Shown: positions 10,792 through 24,900, numbered from the stretch's first letter. The stretch is DNA of 64,000 nucleotides from Chrysomallon squamiferum (GCA_012295275.1 CM022677.1:10788001-10852000); one strand, 5' to 3'. Program-made: numbers and translations. The notes: generated by a model not told the origin, from the letters alone.

Positions 10792-12092
10792 TTTCAATGT
10801 TATCTATTTTTATTTTCAGGACGAATACTGTTCCTAGTGATTTCGTTTTTGGTGGCAACATTTAAAAAATAAGGCAGGTTAGTATCAGTGATTTATTTCT
10901 TTCTAGCAAACTCAACTCTTCTTTTGACAAGTTCATCATTTTTGTCTGTCAGTTTCAGATACCAACTCAGAAACAAATAAAAATGCTTGCTTCAGAAAAA
11001 GCAATTTTTGTGAGACAAGCCTCTTCTTTAGTTTTTTATATATATATATATATATAAATATATATGATCAGAGAAATTCTGTTGTGCCAGAGCTATTCAG
11101 AAAAGTTGATGATAATTTTTTGTTTGACTTCTGTTAGTTCAGGCTTGAAAATGAATAATTTAAAGAAAATTTTCTGGAGCAGATTTTGTAATTTAGTAAT
11201 GGCAAAGAAGATATATTTTTTTTTACACATTTACACACGTGCACTGTGCATAGTCTATCTATACCTCTTATTTCCTGTTCTTTATCTTTTTTGTTTGTTG
11301 TCATGTTGTCACAAAACCGTGAGTTTTTCACCTGATGAAAAAGTATATCCAATCTGACGTAAACTATTTACGTATATTTGAAATTCTTGTATCGTGTTTT
11401 GAGAGGAAATGAAATAATTATAATGATAAAAATGATGATAAAATAGCATTGCAGTAGAAGTAGTAGTAGTAGTAATAAGAACAATATTACTAGTACTACT
11501 AATACTGCTGAATATGATTATTATAACAGTGATATTAATAGTAGTAGTTGAAGTAGTAATAATATTAGTGATAATAGTAATCATAATAATAATAATAATA
11601 ATAATTATCATAATTGTAATAATAATGATGACAAAAATAAGTTTAATAGTACTATCAGTAATAAGGGTGATAATAGTAATAATAAAAAATACTAGTAACA
11701 TTATTTATATCAGTAATAATAGTGATAATAAAATAATGATGATGATGATGATAAAAGTAAGTAGTATTAGTGTTAGTATTAGTAGTAGTAATAAAAATAA
11801 TATCAGTGATGATGATGATAATACAACAACTACTACTAATATAATAATAATAGTGGAAATAAGTTATGATAATAATGGTGAAAAATTGCAGTCGTTATAG
11901 TAGAAGTAGTGGTAGAAATACTAATAACAATAAAAATATGTAATAGTAACAGTCATGATAATAACATTATAATAATAACAATACTGCTGCTACTACTACT
12001 AATAATACTCATAATAATAATGATGACAGTACTAGAAGTAGTACTAGCAATAATAATATATCAGTGATAATAATGATGATGATGATGATGGT
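8962..12092 (+). repeat. 1.2-kb direct duplication (8962-10196 vs 10887-12092) including a low-complexity (ATA/ATG/AGT)n tract
   Basis: Near-identical copies with a few substitutions and small indels. Confidence 0.92.
10190..10889 (+). repeat. Duplicate of 5629-6360, containing an intact microexon (10447-10473) and last coding exon (10820-10877)
   Basis: Near-identical sequence; splice sites and the GRILFLVISFLVATFKK* frame are intact. Confidence 0.9.
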
Positions 12093-12182
12093 CTTGAAAT
12101 CGAAGACGCTGTATTAATATTTTATAAGAGTTATTTATTCATAAAGGATAACTGTTGTCATTGGGTATGTTATGTGTCCGTA

Positions 12183-14460
12183 GGTTGTTTTGAGTATGGG
12201 TTGTGTGGTGGTTGTTTTGAGTATGGGTTGTGTGGTGGTTGTTTTGAGTATGGATTGTATGGTGGTTGTTTTGAGTATGGGTTGTGTGGTGGTATGTTGT
12301 TTTGAGTATGGGTTGTGTGGTGGTTGTTTTGAGTATGGGTTGTGTGGTGGTTGTTTTGAGTATGGGTTGTGTGGTGGTTGTTTTGAGTATGGGTTGTGTG
12401 TTGGTTGTTTTGAGTATGGGTTGTGTGGTGGTTGTTTTGAGTATGGGTTGTGTGGTGGTTGTTTTGAGTATGGGTTGTGTGTTGGTTGTTTTGAGTATGG
12501 GTTGTGGGTGGTTGTTTTGTATGGATTGTGTGGTGGTTGTTTTGAGTATGGGGTGGTTGTTTTGTGTTGGTTGTTTTGAGTATGGGTTGTGTGTTGGTTG
12601 TTTTGAGTATGGGTTGTGTGTTGGTTGTTTTGAGTATGGGTTGTGTGTTTTGTTTTGAGTATGGGTTGTGTGGTATGTTGTTTTGAGTATGGGGTTGTGT
12701 GTTTTGTTTTGAGTATGGGTTGTGGGGTGGTTGTTTTGAGTATGGATTTGTGTGGTGGTTGTTTTGAGTATGGGTTGTGGGTGGTTGTTTTGAGTATGGA
12801 TTGTGTGGTGATTTGTTTTGTATGTGGTGGTTGTTTTTGAGTATGGATTGTGTGGTGGTTGTTTTGAGTATGGGTTGTGTGGTGGTTGTTTTGAGTATGG
12901 GTTGTGTGTTGGTTGTTTTGAGTATGGGTTGTGTGTTGGTTGTTTTGAGTATGGGTTGTGTGTTGGTTGTTTTGAGTATGGGTTGTGTGTTGGTTGTTTT
13001 GAGTATGGGTTGTGTGTTGGTTGTTTTGAGTATGGGTTGTGGGGTGGTTGTTTTGAGTATGGATTGTGTGGTGGTTGTTTTGAGTATGGATTGTGTGGTG
13101 GTTGTTTTGAGTATGGGTTGTGTGGTGGTTGTTTTGAGTATGGGTTGTGTGTTGGTTGTTTTGAGTATGGGTTGTGTGTTGGTTGTTTTTTGAGTATGGG
13201 TTGTGTGGTGGTTGTTTTGAGTATGGGTTGTGTGGTGGTTGTTTTGAGTATGGGTTGTGTGTTGGTTGTTTTGAGTATGGGTTGTGTGGTGGTTGTTTTG
13301 AGTATGGGTTGTGTGTTGGTTGTTTTGAGTATGGGTTGTGTTGGTTGTTTTGAGTATGGGTTGTGTGGTGGTTGTTTTGAGTATGGGTTGTGTGGTGGTA
13401 AGTTGTTTTGAGTATGGGTTGTGGTGGTTGTTTGTTTTATGGGTTGTGTGGTGGTGGTTGTTGTTTTGAGTATGGGTTGTGTGGTGGTTGTTTTTGAGTA
13501 TGGGTTGTGTGTTGGTTGTTTTGTATGGGTTGTGTGTTGGTTGTTTTGAGTATGGGTTGTGTGTTGGTTGTTTTGAGTATGTGTGGTGGTTGTTTGTATG
13601 GTAGGTTGTTTTGTTTTTGAGTATGGGTTGTGTGTTGGTTGTTTTGAGTATGGGTTTGTGTGTGGTTGTTTTGAGTATGGGTTGTGTGTTGGTTGTTTTG
13701 AGTATGGGTTGTGTGTTGGTTGTTTTGAGTATGGGTTGTGTGGGGTTGTTTTTGGTATGGGTTGTGGTTGTTTTGAGTATGGGTTGTTGGTGGTTGTTTT
13801 GAGTATGGGTTGTTTTTGAGTATGGGTTGTGTGGTGGTTGTTTTAGTATGGGGTTGTTTTGAGTATGTGGTGGTTGTTTTGAGTATGGGTTGTGTGGTGG
13901 TTGTTTTGAGTATGGGTTGTGTGGTGGTTGTTTTGAGTATGGGTTGTGTGGTGGTAAGTTGTTTTGAGTATAGGTTGTATATTTGTAGGTTGTTTTCAGA
14001 TGGGTTGTATGTTGGTAGGTTGTCTTTAGAATGTGTGTTGGTAGGTTAGTTTGGGTGTGGGTTGTACATTGGTAACTGTTTTGAATATGGGTTGTTTGTT
14101 AGTAGGTTGTTTTGAATATGGGTTGTTTGTTGGTAGGTTGTTTTGGGTATGGGTTGTTTATTGGTAGGTTGTCTTGGGTATGGGTTGTTTGTTAGTAGGT
14201 TGTTTTGAATATGGGTTGTATGTTGGTAGGTTGTTTTGAGTATGGGCTGTGTGTTGGTAGGTTGTTTTGAGTATGGGCTGTATGTTGGTAGGTTGTTTTG
14301 GGTATGGGTTGTTTGTTGGTAGGTTGTCTTTGGTATGGGTTGTTTGTTGGTAGGTTGTTTTGAGTATGGGTTGTTTGTTGGTAGGTTGTTTTGAGTATGG
14401 GTTGTTTGTTGGTAGGTTGTTTATGGTGCGGATTGTGTTGGTACAGGTTGTTTTGAGTGT
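12183..14460 (+). repeat. G/T-rich minisatellite with a 27-bp unit (GGTTGTTTTGAGTATGGGTTGTGTGGT), shifting to about 31-bp units after about 13950
   Basis: Direct periodicity; this repeat produces the VVVVLSMGC and GGCFEYGLC pseudo-ORFs. Confidence 0.95.
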
Positions 14461-14520
14461 AGGATGGTTATATGTTATTTTGGGCATATATTATTTATGG
14501 AGTATGTTATCATGATATAA

Positions 14521-14586
<66 letters not shown>

Positions 14587-15761
14587 TTGTTGTGTGGATA
14601 CTTTGGGTACAGGTTGTGCTGGATATGAGTTGTGTTGTGAAAAATATATCTCTTTTCCAAAACTATGCTGACGTAATTGTACATACGAGACGAATCATGT
14701 GTCAAAAAAAATGTTGTCAGCAAAATGTATAGAAAGGAACGTATTACACGTAGTTGTGATTGTAGCAGGTCAGACTGATGTCACCGTAATAAGTATCCTC
14801 TTTAACACTCGCACAATAGACAGGTGTTTGTATTATGTATAGTTAACATCAAAAACAAGTTTAGAAACAAGCATGTTTAAAGGTTTCGTCCCGAACGCTG
14901 AAAATCCAAATCTGTTTAGTAGAATTATTAATTATTAGTTCATATATATATATATTGTGTGTATGTTCTCTGCAAAAAACCCTATTCATAAGTATTGGGT
15001 ATAACTAGGTATAGCATATTTTTGTGTTAGGTTAGGGTAACCCAGACAAGACTTAAAGGTTCATAACAGTGGCTGAGTAATTGAGAACACGATACAGTGT
15101 GAGTAAATGGCTGAAACCTCACTACACACAACACACTGTCACGACGTGACAACTGGTTAAGCAGTAAATAGCTGTTTATTGACACGTGTGAAATATTAAC
15201 ACAGTGACTTCGTTTTACCGCTGAGGTATTTCTTGTCGGTTTATCACAAAGCCTGTGATTTATTAATTGAAAAATAAAGAAGTAAAATCTGCATAGTGAT
15301 AAATTTGAATATAGTACAGATAATAATGGAAATTAGTTTTGTTAATAATTCGTCAAGATGAACTTCGGGTTCCAAGTCTCAAGAAATCTAATTAGATAAT
15401 TTAATGTCCCTTATTTTATTTGTATTTTTATATTACAATTTATTTATTAATAATTTTTTTCTCACACATACAAATACAATATATATATATATATAGCAAT
15501 GCACACACAACCACATATATATATATAAATGTGATTACCTCCCATCGGTCATATGCTTATTTGTTTGTATCAACACAGTTCAAAGTTTGGTCACACTTAA
15601 TCCTCTGCCCAGATAAAAAGTGGTATGATCCCACATTGTTGTATATTGTAGGTATTTTAGTCTACCGGCAATAAATAAATGAAAGAAAGGTTTATAATTA
15701 TTTATACATTTTATTTCATTCAGATAACCTGAGCACTTAAGTTTCAGTAGATCAACTACAG

Positions 15762-15815
15762 CATAGGTTTTCAACCTGGGGTCACCAGCCTTTCTTCTGG
15801 AGGTCGCGAGATCGT
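15762..15815 (+). mobile_element. hAT-type MITE terminal fragment
   Basis: CATAGGTTTTCAACCTGGGGTC...GGAGGTCGCGAG resembles the common CAGNGGTTCTCAACCTGGGGTC...GGGGTCGCGA hAT ends. Confidence 0.4.
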
Positions 15816-15954
15816 TCTTGAGCGAGGGTAAATTTTAGCTTTTATCAACTTGACTTGGAAGAAGGAATAAATAAAACCGTGCAGACAGGTTTCGGACACG
15901 TCACACTGAATATAGATTCCTCTTGTACTGTCTTTTCTTGAGGAAAATATGGTA

Positions 15955-18900
15955 ACATAACTGGAAATGTCTGAATCAAAAATTTTCCTGTTTAACATCT
16001 CCACACAACTAACTTGTAAATGTCTGAAAAAGTGCTTCTCCTAACATTCCACACAACTGAGTAAATGTCTGCTGACAAAGTGCTAGTCCTGTTTAACATC
16101 TCCACATAACTGAGTAAATGTCTGCTTCAAAGTGCTTCTCCTGTTTAACATCTCCACATAACTGAGTAAATGTCTGCTTCAAAGTGCTTCTCCTGTTTAA
16201 CATCTCCACATAACTGAGTAAATGTCTGCTTCAAAGTGCTTCTCCTGTTTAACATCTCCACATAACTGAGTAAATGTCTGCTTCAAAGTGCTTCTCCTGT
16301 TTAACATCTCCACACAACTGAGTAAATGTCTGCTTCAAAGTGCTTCTCCTGTTTAACATCTCCACACAACTGAGTAAATGTCTGCTTCAAAGTGCTTCTC
16401 CTGTTTAACATCTCCACACAACTGAGTAAATGTCTGCTTCAAAGTGCTTCTCCTGTTTAACATCTCCACACAACTGCGTAAATGTCTGCTTCAAAGTACT
16501 TCTCCTGTTTAACATCTCCACACAACTGAGTAAATGTCTGCTTCAAAGTGCTTCTCCTGTTTAACATCTCCACACAACTGAGTAAATGTCTGCTTCAAAG
16601 TGCTTCTCCTGTTTAACATCTCCACACAACTGAGTAAATGTCTGCTTCAAAGTGCTTCTCCTGTTTAACATCTCCACACAACTGAGTAAATGTCTGCTTC
16701 AAAGTGCTTCTCCTGTTTAACATCTCCACACAACTGAGTAAATGTCTGCTTCAAAAAGTGCTTCTCCTTTAACATCTCCACACAACTGAGTAAATGTCTG
16801 CTTCAAAGTGCTTCTCCTGTTTAACATCTCCACATAACTGAGTAAATGTCTGCTTCAAAGTGCTTCTCCTGTTTAACATCTCCACACAACTGAGTAAATG
16901 TCTGCTTCAAAGTGCTTCTCCTGTTTAACATCTCCACATAACTGAGTAAATGTCTGCTTCAAAGTGCTTCTCCTGTTTAACATCTCCACATAACTGAGTA
17001 AATGTCTGCTTCAAAGTGCTTCTCCTGTTTAACATCTCCACATAACTGAGTAAATGTCTGCTTCAAAGTGCTTCTCCTGTTTAACATCTCCACATAACTG
17101 AGTAAATGTCTGCTTCAAAGTGCTTCTCCTGTTTAACATCTCCACATAACTGAGTAAATGTCTGCTTCAAAGTGCTTCTCCTGTTTAACATCTCCACACA
17201 ACTGAGTAAATGTCTGCTTCAAAGTGCTTCTCCTGTTTAACATCTCCACATAACTGAGTAAATGTCTGCTTCAAAGTGCTTCTCCTGTTTAACATCTCCA
17301 CATAACTGAGTAAATGTCTGCTTCAAAGTGCTTCTCCTGTTTAACATCTCCACATAACTGAGTAAATGTCTGCTTCAAAGTGCTTCTCCTGTTTAACATC
17401 TCCACACAACTGAGTAAATGTCTGCTTCAAAGTGCTTCTCCTGTTTAACATCTCCACACAACTGAGTAAATGTCTGCTTCAAAGTGCTTCTCCTGTTTAA
17501 CATCTCCACACAACTGAGTAAATGTCTGCTTCAAAGTGCTTCTCCTGTTTAACATCTCCACATAACTGAGTAAATGTCTGCTTCAAAGTGCTTCTCCTGT
17601 TTAACATCTCCACATAACTGTAAATGTAAATGTCTGCTTCAAAGTGCTTCTCCTGTTTAACATCTCCACATAACTGAGTAAATGTCTGCTTCAAAGTGCT
17701 TCTCCTGTTTAACATCTCCACATAACTGAGTAAATGTCTGCTTCAAAGTGCTTCTCCTGTTTAACATCTCCACATAACTGAGTAAATGTCTGCTTCAAAG
17801 TGCTTCTCCTGTTTAACATCTCCACATAACTGAGTAAATGTCTGCTTCAAAGTGCTTCTCCTGTTTAACATCTCCACACAACTGAGTAAATGTCTGCTTC
17901 AAAGTGCTTCTCCTGTTTAACATCTCCACACAACTGAGTAAATGTCTGCTTCAAAGTGCTTCTCCTGTTTAACATCTCCACACAACTGAGTAAATGTCTG
18001 CTTCAAAGTGCTTCTCCTGTTTAACATCTCCACACAACTGAGTAAAGTAAATGTCTGCTTCAAAAGTAAATGTCTCTTCTCCTGTTTAACATCTCCACAT
18101 AACTGAGTAAATGTCTGCTTCAAAGTGCTTCTCTGTTTAACATCTCCTAAATTTAACATCTCCACTGTTTAACTCCACATAACTGAGTAAATGTCTGCTT
18201 CAAAGTGCTTCTCCTGTTTAACATCTCCACATAACTGAGTAAATGTCTGCTTCAAAGTGCTTCTCCTGTTTAACATCTCCACATAACTGAGTAAATGTCT
18301 GCTTCAAAGTGCTTCTCCTGTTTAACATCTCCACATAACTGAGTAAATGTCTGCTTCAAAGTGCTTCTCCTGTTTAACATCTCCACATAACTGAGTAAAT
18401 GTCTGCTTCCAACTGCTTGTCCTGTTTAACATCTCCAGACAACTGAGTGAATGTCTGCATCAAAGTGCTTCTCCTGTTTAACATCTCCAAATAACTGAGT
18501 AAATGTCTGCTTCAAAGTGCTTCTCCTGTTTAACATCTCCACACAACTGAGTAAATGTCTGCTTCAAAGTGCTTCTCCTGTTTAACATCTCCACACAACT
18601 GAGTAAATGTCTGCTTCAAAGTGCTTCTCCTGTTTAACATCTCCACATAACTGAGTAAATGTCTGCTTCAAAGTGCTTCTCCTGTTTAACATCTCCACAT
18701 AACTGAGTAAATGTCTGCTTCAAAGTGCTTCTCCTGTTTAACATCTCCACACAACTGAGTAAATGTCTGCTTCAAAGTGCTTCTCCTGTTTAACATCTCC
18801 ACATAACTGAGTAAATGTCTGCTTCAAAGTGCTTCTCCTGTTTAACATCTCCACATAACTGAGAAAATGTTTGCTTCAAAGTGCTTCTCCTGTTTAACAT

Positions 18901-21900
18901 CTCCACATAACTGAGTAAATGTCTGCTTCAAAGTGCTTCTCCTGTTTAACATCTCCACACAACTGAGTAAAATGTCTGCTTCAAAGTGCTTCTCCTGTTT
19001 AACATCTCCACACAACTGAGTAAATGTCTGCTTCAAAGTGCTTCTCCTGTTTAACATCTCCACACAACTGAGTAAATGTCTGCTTCAAAGTGCTTCTCCT
19101 GTTTAACATCTCCACATAACTGAGTAAATGTCTGCTTCAAAGTGCTTCTCCTGTTTAACATCTCCACACAACTGAGTAAATGTCTGCTTCAAAGTGCTTC
19201 TCCTGTTTAACATCTCCACATAACTGAGTAAATGTCTGCTTCAAAGTGCTTCTCCTGTTTAACATCTCCACACAACTGAGTAAATGTCTGCTTCAAAGTG
19301 CTTCTCCTGTTTAACATCATCTCCACATAACTGAGTAAATGTCTGCTTCAAAGTGCTTCTTCTCCTGTTTAACATCTCCACACAACTGAGTAAATGTCTG
19401 CTTCAAAGTGCTTCTCCTGTTTAACATCTCCACATAACTGAGTAAATGTCTGCTTCAAAGTGCTTCTCCTGTTTAACATCTCCACACAACTGAGTAAATG
19501 TCTGCTTCAAAGTGCTTCTCCTGTTTAACATCTCCACATAACTGAGTAAATGTCTGCTTCAAAGTGCTTCTCCTGTTTAACATCTCCACATAACTGAGTA
19601 AATGTCTGCTTCAAAAAGTGCTTCTCCTGTTTAACATCTCCACATAACTGAGTAAATGTCTGCTTCAAAGTGCTTCTCCTGTTTAACATCTCCACACAAC
19701 TGAGTAAATGTCTGCTTCAAAGTGCTTCTCCTGTTTTAACATCTCCACAACTAAGTAAATGTAAATGTCTGCTTCAAAGTGCTTCTCCTGTTTAACATCT
19801 CCACACAACTGAGTAAATGTCTGCTTCAAAGTGCTTCTCCTGTTTAACATCTCCACATAACTGAGTAAATGTCTGCTTCAAAGTGCTTCTCCTGTTTAAC
19901 ATCTCCACACAACTGAGTAAATGTCTGCTTCAAAGTGCTTCTCCTGTTTAACATCTCCACATAACTGAGTAAATGTCTGCTTCAAAGTGCTTCTCCTCTT
20001 TAACATCTCCACACAACTGCGTAAATGTCTGCTTCAAAGTGCTTCTCCTGTTTAACATCTCCACATAACTGAGTAAATGTCTGCTTCAAAGTGCTTCTCC
20101 TGTTTAACATCTCCACATAACTGAGTAAATGTCTGCTTCAAAGTGCTTCTCCTGTTTAACATCTCCACATAACTGAGTAAATGTCTGCTTCAAAGTGCTT
20201 CAAAGTGCTTCTCCTGTTTAACATCTCCACATAACTGAGTAAATGTCTGCTTCAAAGTGCTTCTCCTGTTTAACATCTCCACATAACTGAGTAAATGTCT
20301 GCTTCAAAAGTGCTTCTCCTGTTTAACATCTCCACATAACTGAGTAAATGTCTGCTTCAAAGTGCTTTCTCCTGTTTAACATCTCTCCACATAACTGAGT
20401 AAATGTCTGCTTCAAAGTGCTTTCTCCTGTTTAACATCTCCACATAACTGAGTAAATGTCTGCTTCAAAGTGCTTCTCCTGTTTAACATCTCCACATAAC
20501 TGAGTAAATGTCTGCTTCAAAGTGCTTCTCCTGTTTAACATCTCCACATAACTGAGTAAATGTCTGCTTCAAAGTGCTTCTCCTGTTTAACATCTCCACA
20601 CAACTGAGTAAATGTCTGCTTCAAAGTGCTTCTCCTGTTTAACATCTCCACACAACTGAGTAAATGTCTGCTTCAAAGTGCTTCTCCCTGTTTTAACATC
20701 TCCACACAACTGAGTAAATGTCTGCTTCAAAGTGCTTCTCCTGTTTAACATCTCCACATAACAGTAAATGTCTGCTTCAAAGTGCTTCTCCTGTTTAACA
20801 TCTCCACACAACTGAGTAAATGTCTGCTTCAAAGTGCTTCTCCTGTTTAACATCTCCACATAACTGAGTAAATGTCTGCTTCAAAGTGCTTCTCCTGTTT
20901 AACATCTCCACACAACTGAGTAAATGTCTGCTTCAAAAGTGCTTCTCCTGTTTAACATCTCCACATAACTGAGTAAATGTCTGCTTCAAAGTGCTTCTCC
21001 TGTTTAACATCTCCACACAACTGAGTAAATGTCTGCTTCAAAGTGCTTCTCCTGTTTAACATCTCCACATAACTGAGTAAATGTCTGCTTCAAAGTGCTT
21101 CTCCTGTTTAACATCTCCACATAACTGAGTAAATGTCTGCTTCAAAGTGCTTCTCCTGTTTAACATCTCCACATAACTGAGTAAATGTCTGCTTCAAAGT
21201 GCTTCTCCTGTTTAACATCTCCACACAACTGAGTAAATGTCTGCTTCAAAGTGCTTCTCCTGTTTAACATCTCCACACAACTGAGTAAATGTCTGCTTCA
21301 AAGTGCTTCTCCTGTTTAACATCTCCACATAACTGAGTAAATGTCTGCTTCAAAGTGCTTCTCCTGTTTAACATCTCCACATAACAGTAAATGTCTGCTT
21401 CAAAGTCTCTATTTAACATTTCCACACAACTTCGTAAATGTCTTCTCCTGTTTAACATCTCCACATAACAGTAAATGTCTGCTTCAAAGTGCTTCTCCTG
21501 TTTAACATCTCCACATAACTGAGTAAATGTCTGCTTCAAAGTGCTTCTCCTGTTTAACATCTCCACATAACTGAGTAAATGTCTGCTTCAAAGTGCTTCT
21601 CCTGTTTAACATCTCCACACAACTGAGTAAATGTCTGCTTCAAAGTGCTTCTCCTGTTTAACATCTCCACATAACTGAGTAAATGTCTGCTTCAAAGTGC
21701 TTCTCCTGTTTAACATCTCCACATAACTGAGTAAATGTCTGCTTCAAAGTGCTTCTCCTTAACATCATCTCCACATAACTGAGTAAATGTCTGCTTCAAA
21801 GTGCTTCTCCTGTTTAACATCTCCACACAACTGAGTAAATGTCTGCTTCAAAGTGCTTCTCCTGTTTAACATCTCCACATAACTGAGTAAATGTCTGCTT

Positions 21901-24900
21901 CAAAGTGCTTCTCCTGTTTAACATCTCCACATAACTGAGTAAATGTCTGCTTCAAAGTGCTTCTCCTGTTTAACATCTCCACATAACTGAGTAAATGTCT
22001 GCTTCAAAGTGCTTCTCCTGTTTAACATCTCCACACAACTGAGTAAATGTCTGCTTCAAAGTGCTTCTCCTGTTTAACATCTCCACATAACTGAGTAAAT
22101 GTCTGCTTCAAAGTGCTTCTCCTGTTTAACATCTCCACACAACTGAGTAAATGTCTGCTTCAAAGTGCTTCTCCTGTTTAACATTTCCACACAACTGAGT
22201 AAATGTCTGCTTCAAAGTGCTTCTCCTGTTTAACATCTCCACACAACTGAGTAAATGTCTGCTTCAAAGTGCTTCTCCTGTTTAACATCTCCACACAACT
22301 GAGTAAATGTCTGCTTCAAAGTGCTTCTCCTGTTTAACATCTCCACACAACTGAGTAAATGTCTGCTTCAAAGTGCTTCTCCTGTTTAACATCTCCACAT
22401 AACTGAGTAAATGTCTGCTTCAAAGTGCTTCTCCTGTTTAACATCTCCACATAACTGAGTAAATGTCTGCTTCAAAGTGCTTCTCCTGTTTAACATCTCC
22501 ACATAACTGAGTAAATGTCTGCTTCAAAGTGCTTCTCCTGTTTAACATCTCCACATAACTGAGTAAATGTCTGCTTCAAAGTGCTTCTCCTGTTTAACAT
22601 CTCCACACAACTGAGTAAATGTCTGCTTCAAAGTGCTTCTCCTGTTTAACATCTCCACACAACTGAGTAAATGTCTGCTTCAAAGTGCTTCTCCTGTTTA
22701 ACATCTCCACACAACTGAGTAAATGTCTGCTTCAAAGTGCTTCTCCTGTTTAACATCTCCACATAACTGAGTAAATGTCTGCTTCAAAGTGCTTCTCCTG
22801 TTTAACATCTCCACAGAACTGAGTAAATGTCTGCTTCAAAGTGCTTCTCCTGTTTAACATCTCCACATAACTGAGTAAATGTCTGCTTCAAAGTGCTTCT
22901 CCTGTTTAACATCTCCACATAACTGAGTAAATGTCTGCTTCAAAGTGCTTCTCCTATTTAACATTTCTCCTGTTAAACATCTCAAAGTGCTTCAATCTCC
23001 ACATAACTGAGTAAATGTCTGCTTCAAAGTGCTTTCTCCTGTTTAACATCTCCACACAACTGAGTAAATGTCTGCTTCAAAGTGCTTCTCCTGTTTAACA
23101 TCTCCACATAACTGAGTAAATGTCTGCTTCAAAGTGCTTCTCCTGTTTAACATCTCCACACAACTGAGTAAATGTCTGCTTCAAAGTGCTTCTTCTCTGT
23201 TTAACATCTCACATAACTGAGTAAATGTCTGCTTCAAAGTGCTTCTCCTGTTTAACATCTCCACATAACTGAGTAAATGTCTGCTTCAAAAAGTGCTTCT
23301 CCTGTTTAACATCTCCACATAACTGAGTAAATGTCTGCTTCAAAGTGCTTCTCCTGTTTAACATCTCCACACACAAACTGTAAAAATGTCTGCTTCAAAG
23401 TGCTTCTCCTGTTTAACATCTCCACACATAACTGAGTAAATGTCTGCTTCAAAGTGCTTCTCCTGTTTAACATCTCCACATAACTGAGTAAATGTCTGCT
23501 TCAAAGTGCTTCTCCTGTTTAACATCTCCACATAACTGAGTAAATGTCTGCTTCAAAGTGCTTCTCCTGTTTAACATCTCCACATAACTGAGTAAATGTC
23601 TGCTTCAAAGTGCTTCTCCTGTTTAACATCTCCACATAACTGAGTAAATGTCTGCTTCAAAGTGCTTCTCCTGTTTAACATCTCCACATAAGTGAGCACA
23701 ACTGTGTAAATGTCTGCTTCAAAGTGCTTCTCCTGTTTAACATCTCCACATAACTGAGTAAATGTCTGCTTCAAAGTGCTTCTCCTGTTTAACATCTCCA
23801 CACAACTGAGTAAATGTCTGCTTCAAAGTGCTTCTCCTGTTTAACATCTCCACACAACTGAGTAAATGTCTGCTTCAAAAAGTGCTTCCTGTTTAACATC
23901 TCCACACACAACTGAGTAAAATTCTGCTTCAAAGTGCTTCTCCTGTTTAACATCTCCACACAACTGAGTAAATGTCTGCTTCAAAGTGCTTCTCCTGTTT
24001 AACATCTCCACACAACTGAGTAAATGTCTGCTTCAAAGTGCTTCTCCTGTTTAACATCTCCACATAACTGAGTAAATGTCTGCTTCAAAGTGCTTCTCCT
24101 GTTTAACATCTCCACATAACAGTAAATGTCTGCTTCAAAGTGCTTCTCCTGTTTAACATCTCCACACAACTGAGTAAATGTCTGCTTCAAAGTGCTTCTC
24201 CTGTTTAACATCTGTTTAACAACTAAGTAAATGTCTGCTTCAAAAAGTGCTTCTCCTGTTTAACATCTAAATGTCTGCTTCAAAGTGCTTCTCCTGTTTA
24301 ACATCTCCACACAACTGAGTAAATGTCTGCTTCAAAGTGCTTCTCCTGTTTAACATCTCCACATAACTGAGTAAATGTCTGCTTCAAAGTGCTTCTCCTG
24401 TTTAACATCTCCACACAACTGAGTAAATGTCTGCTTCAAAGTGCTTCTTCTCCTGTTTAACATCTCCACACAACTGAGTAAATGTCTGCTTCAAAGTGCT
24501 TCTCCTGTTTAACATCTCCACATAACTGAGTAAATGTCTGCTTCAAAGTGCTTCTCCTGTTTAACATCTCCACATAACTGAGTAAATGTCTGCTTCAAAG
24601 TGCTTCTCCTGTTTAACATCTCCACACTAACTGAGTAAATGTCTGCTTCAAAGTGCTTCTCCTGTTTAACATCTCCACACAACTGTAAATGTCTGCTTCA
24701 AAGTGCTTCTCCTGTTTAACATCTCCACATAACTGAGTAAATGTCTGCTTCAAAGTGCTTCTCCTGTTTAACATCTCCACATAACTGAGTAAATGTCTGC
24801 TTCAAAGTGCTTCTCCTGTTTAACATCTCCACATAACTGAGTAAATGTCTGCTTCAAAGTGCTTCTCCTGTTTAACATCTCCACATAACTGAGTAAATGT

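Noticed and set aside
9444-11900. Ile/Thr-rich ORFs
   Set aside because: These are low-complexity trinucleotide tracts.
12183-14460. Telomeric repeat
   Set aside because: It contains TATGGGTT but no tandem TTAGGG or TTAGG.
12190-14487. Cys/Gly/Tyr-rich repeat protein (GGCFEYGLC)n or (VVVVLSMGC)n
   Set aside because: The open frames follow from a 27-bp C-free unit. Frameshifts are frequent, there is no signal peptide or exon structure, and unexpanded non-coding homologs exist elsewhere in the window.
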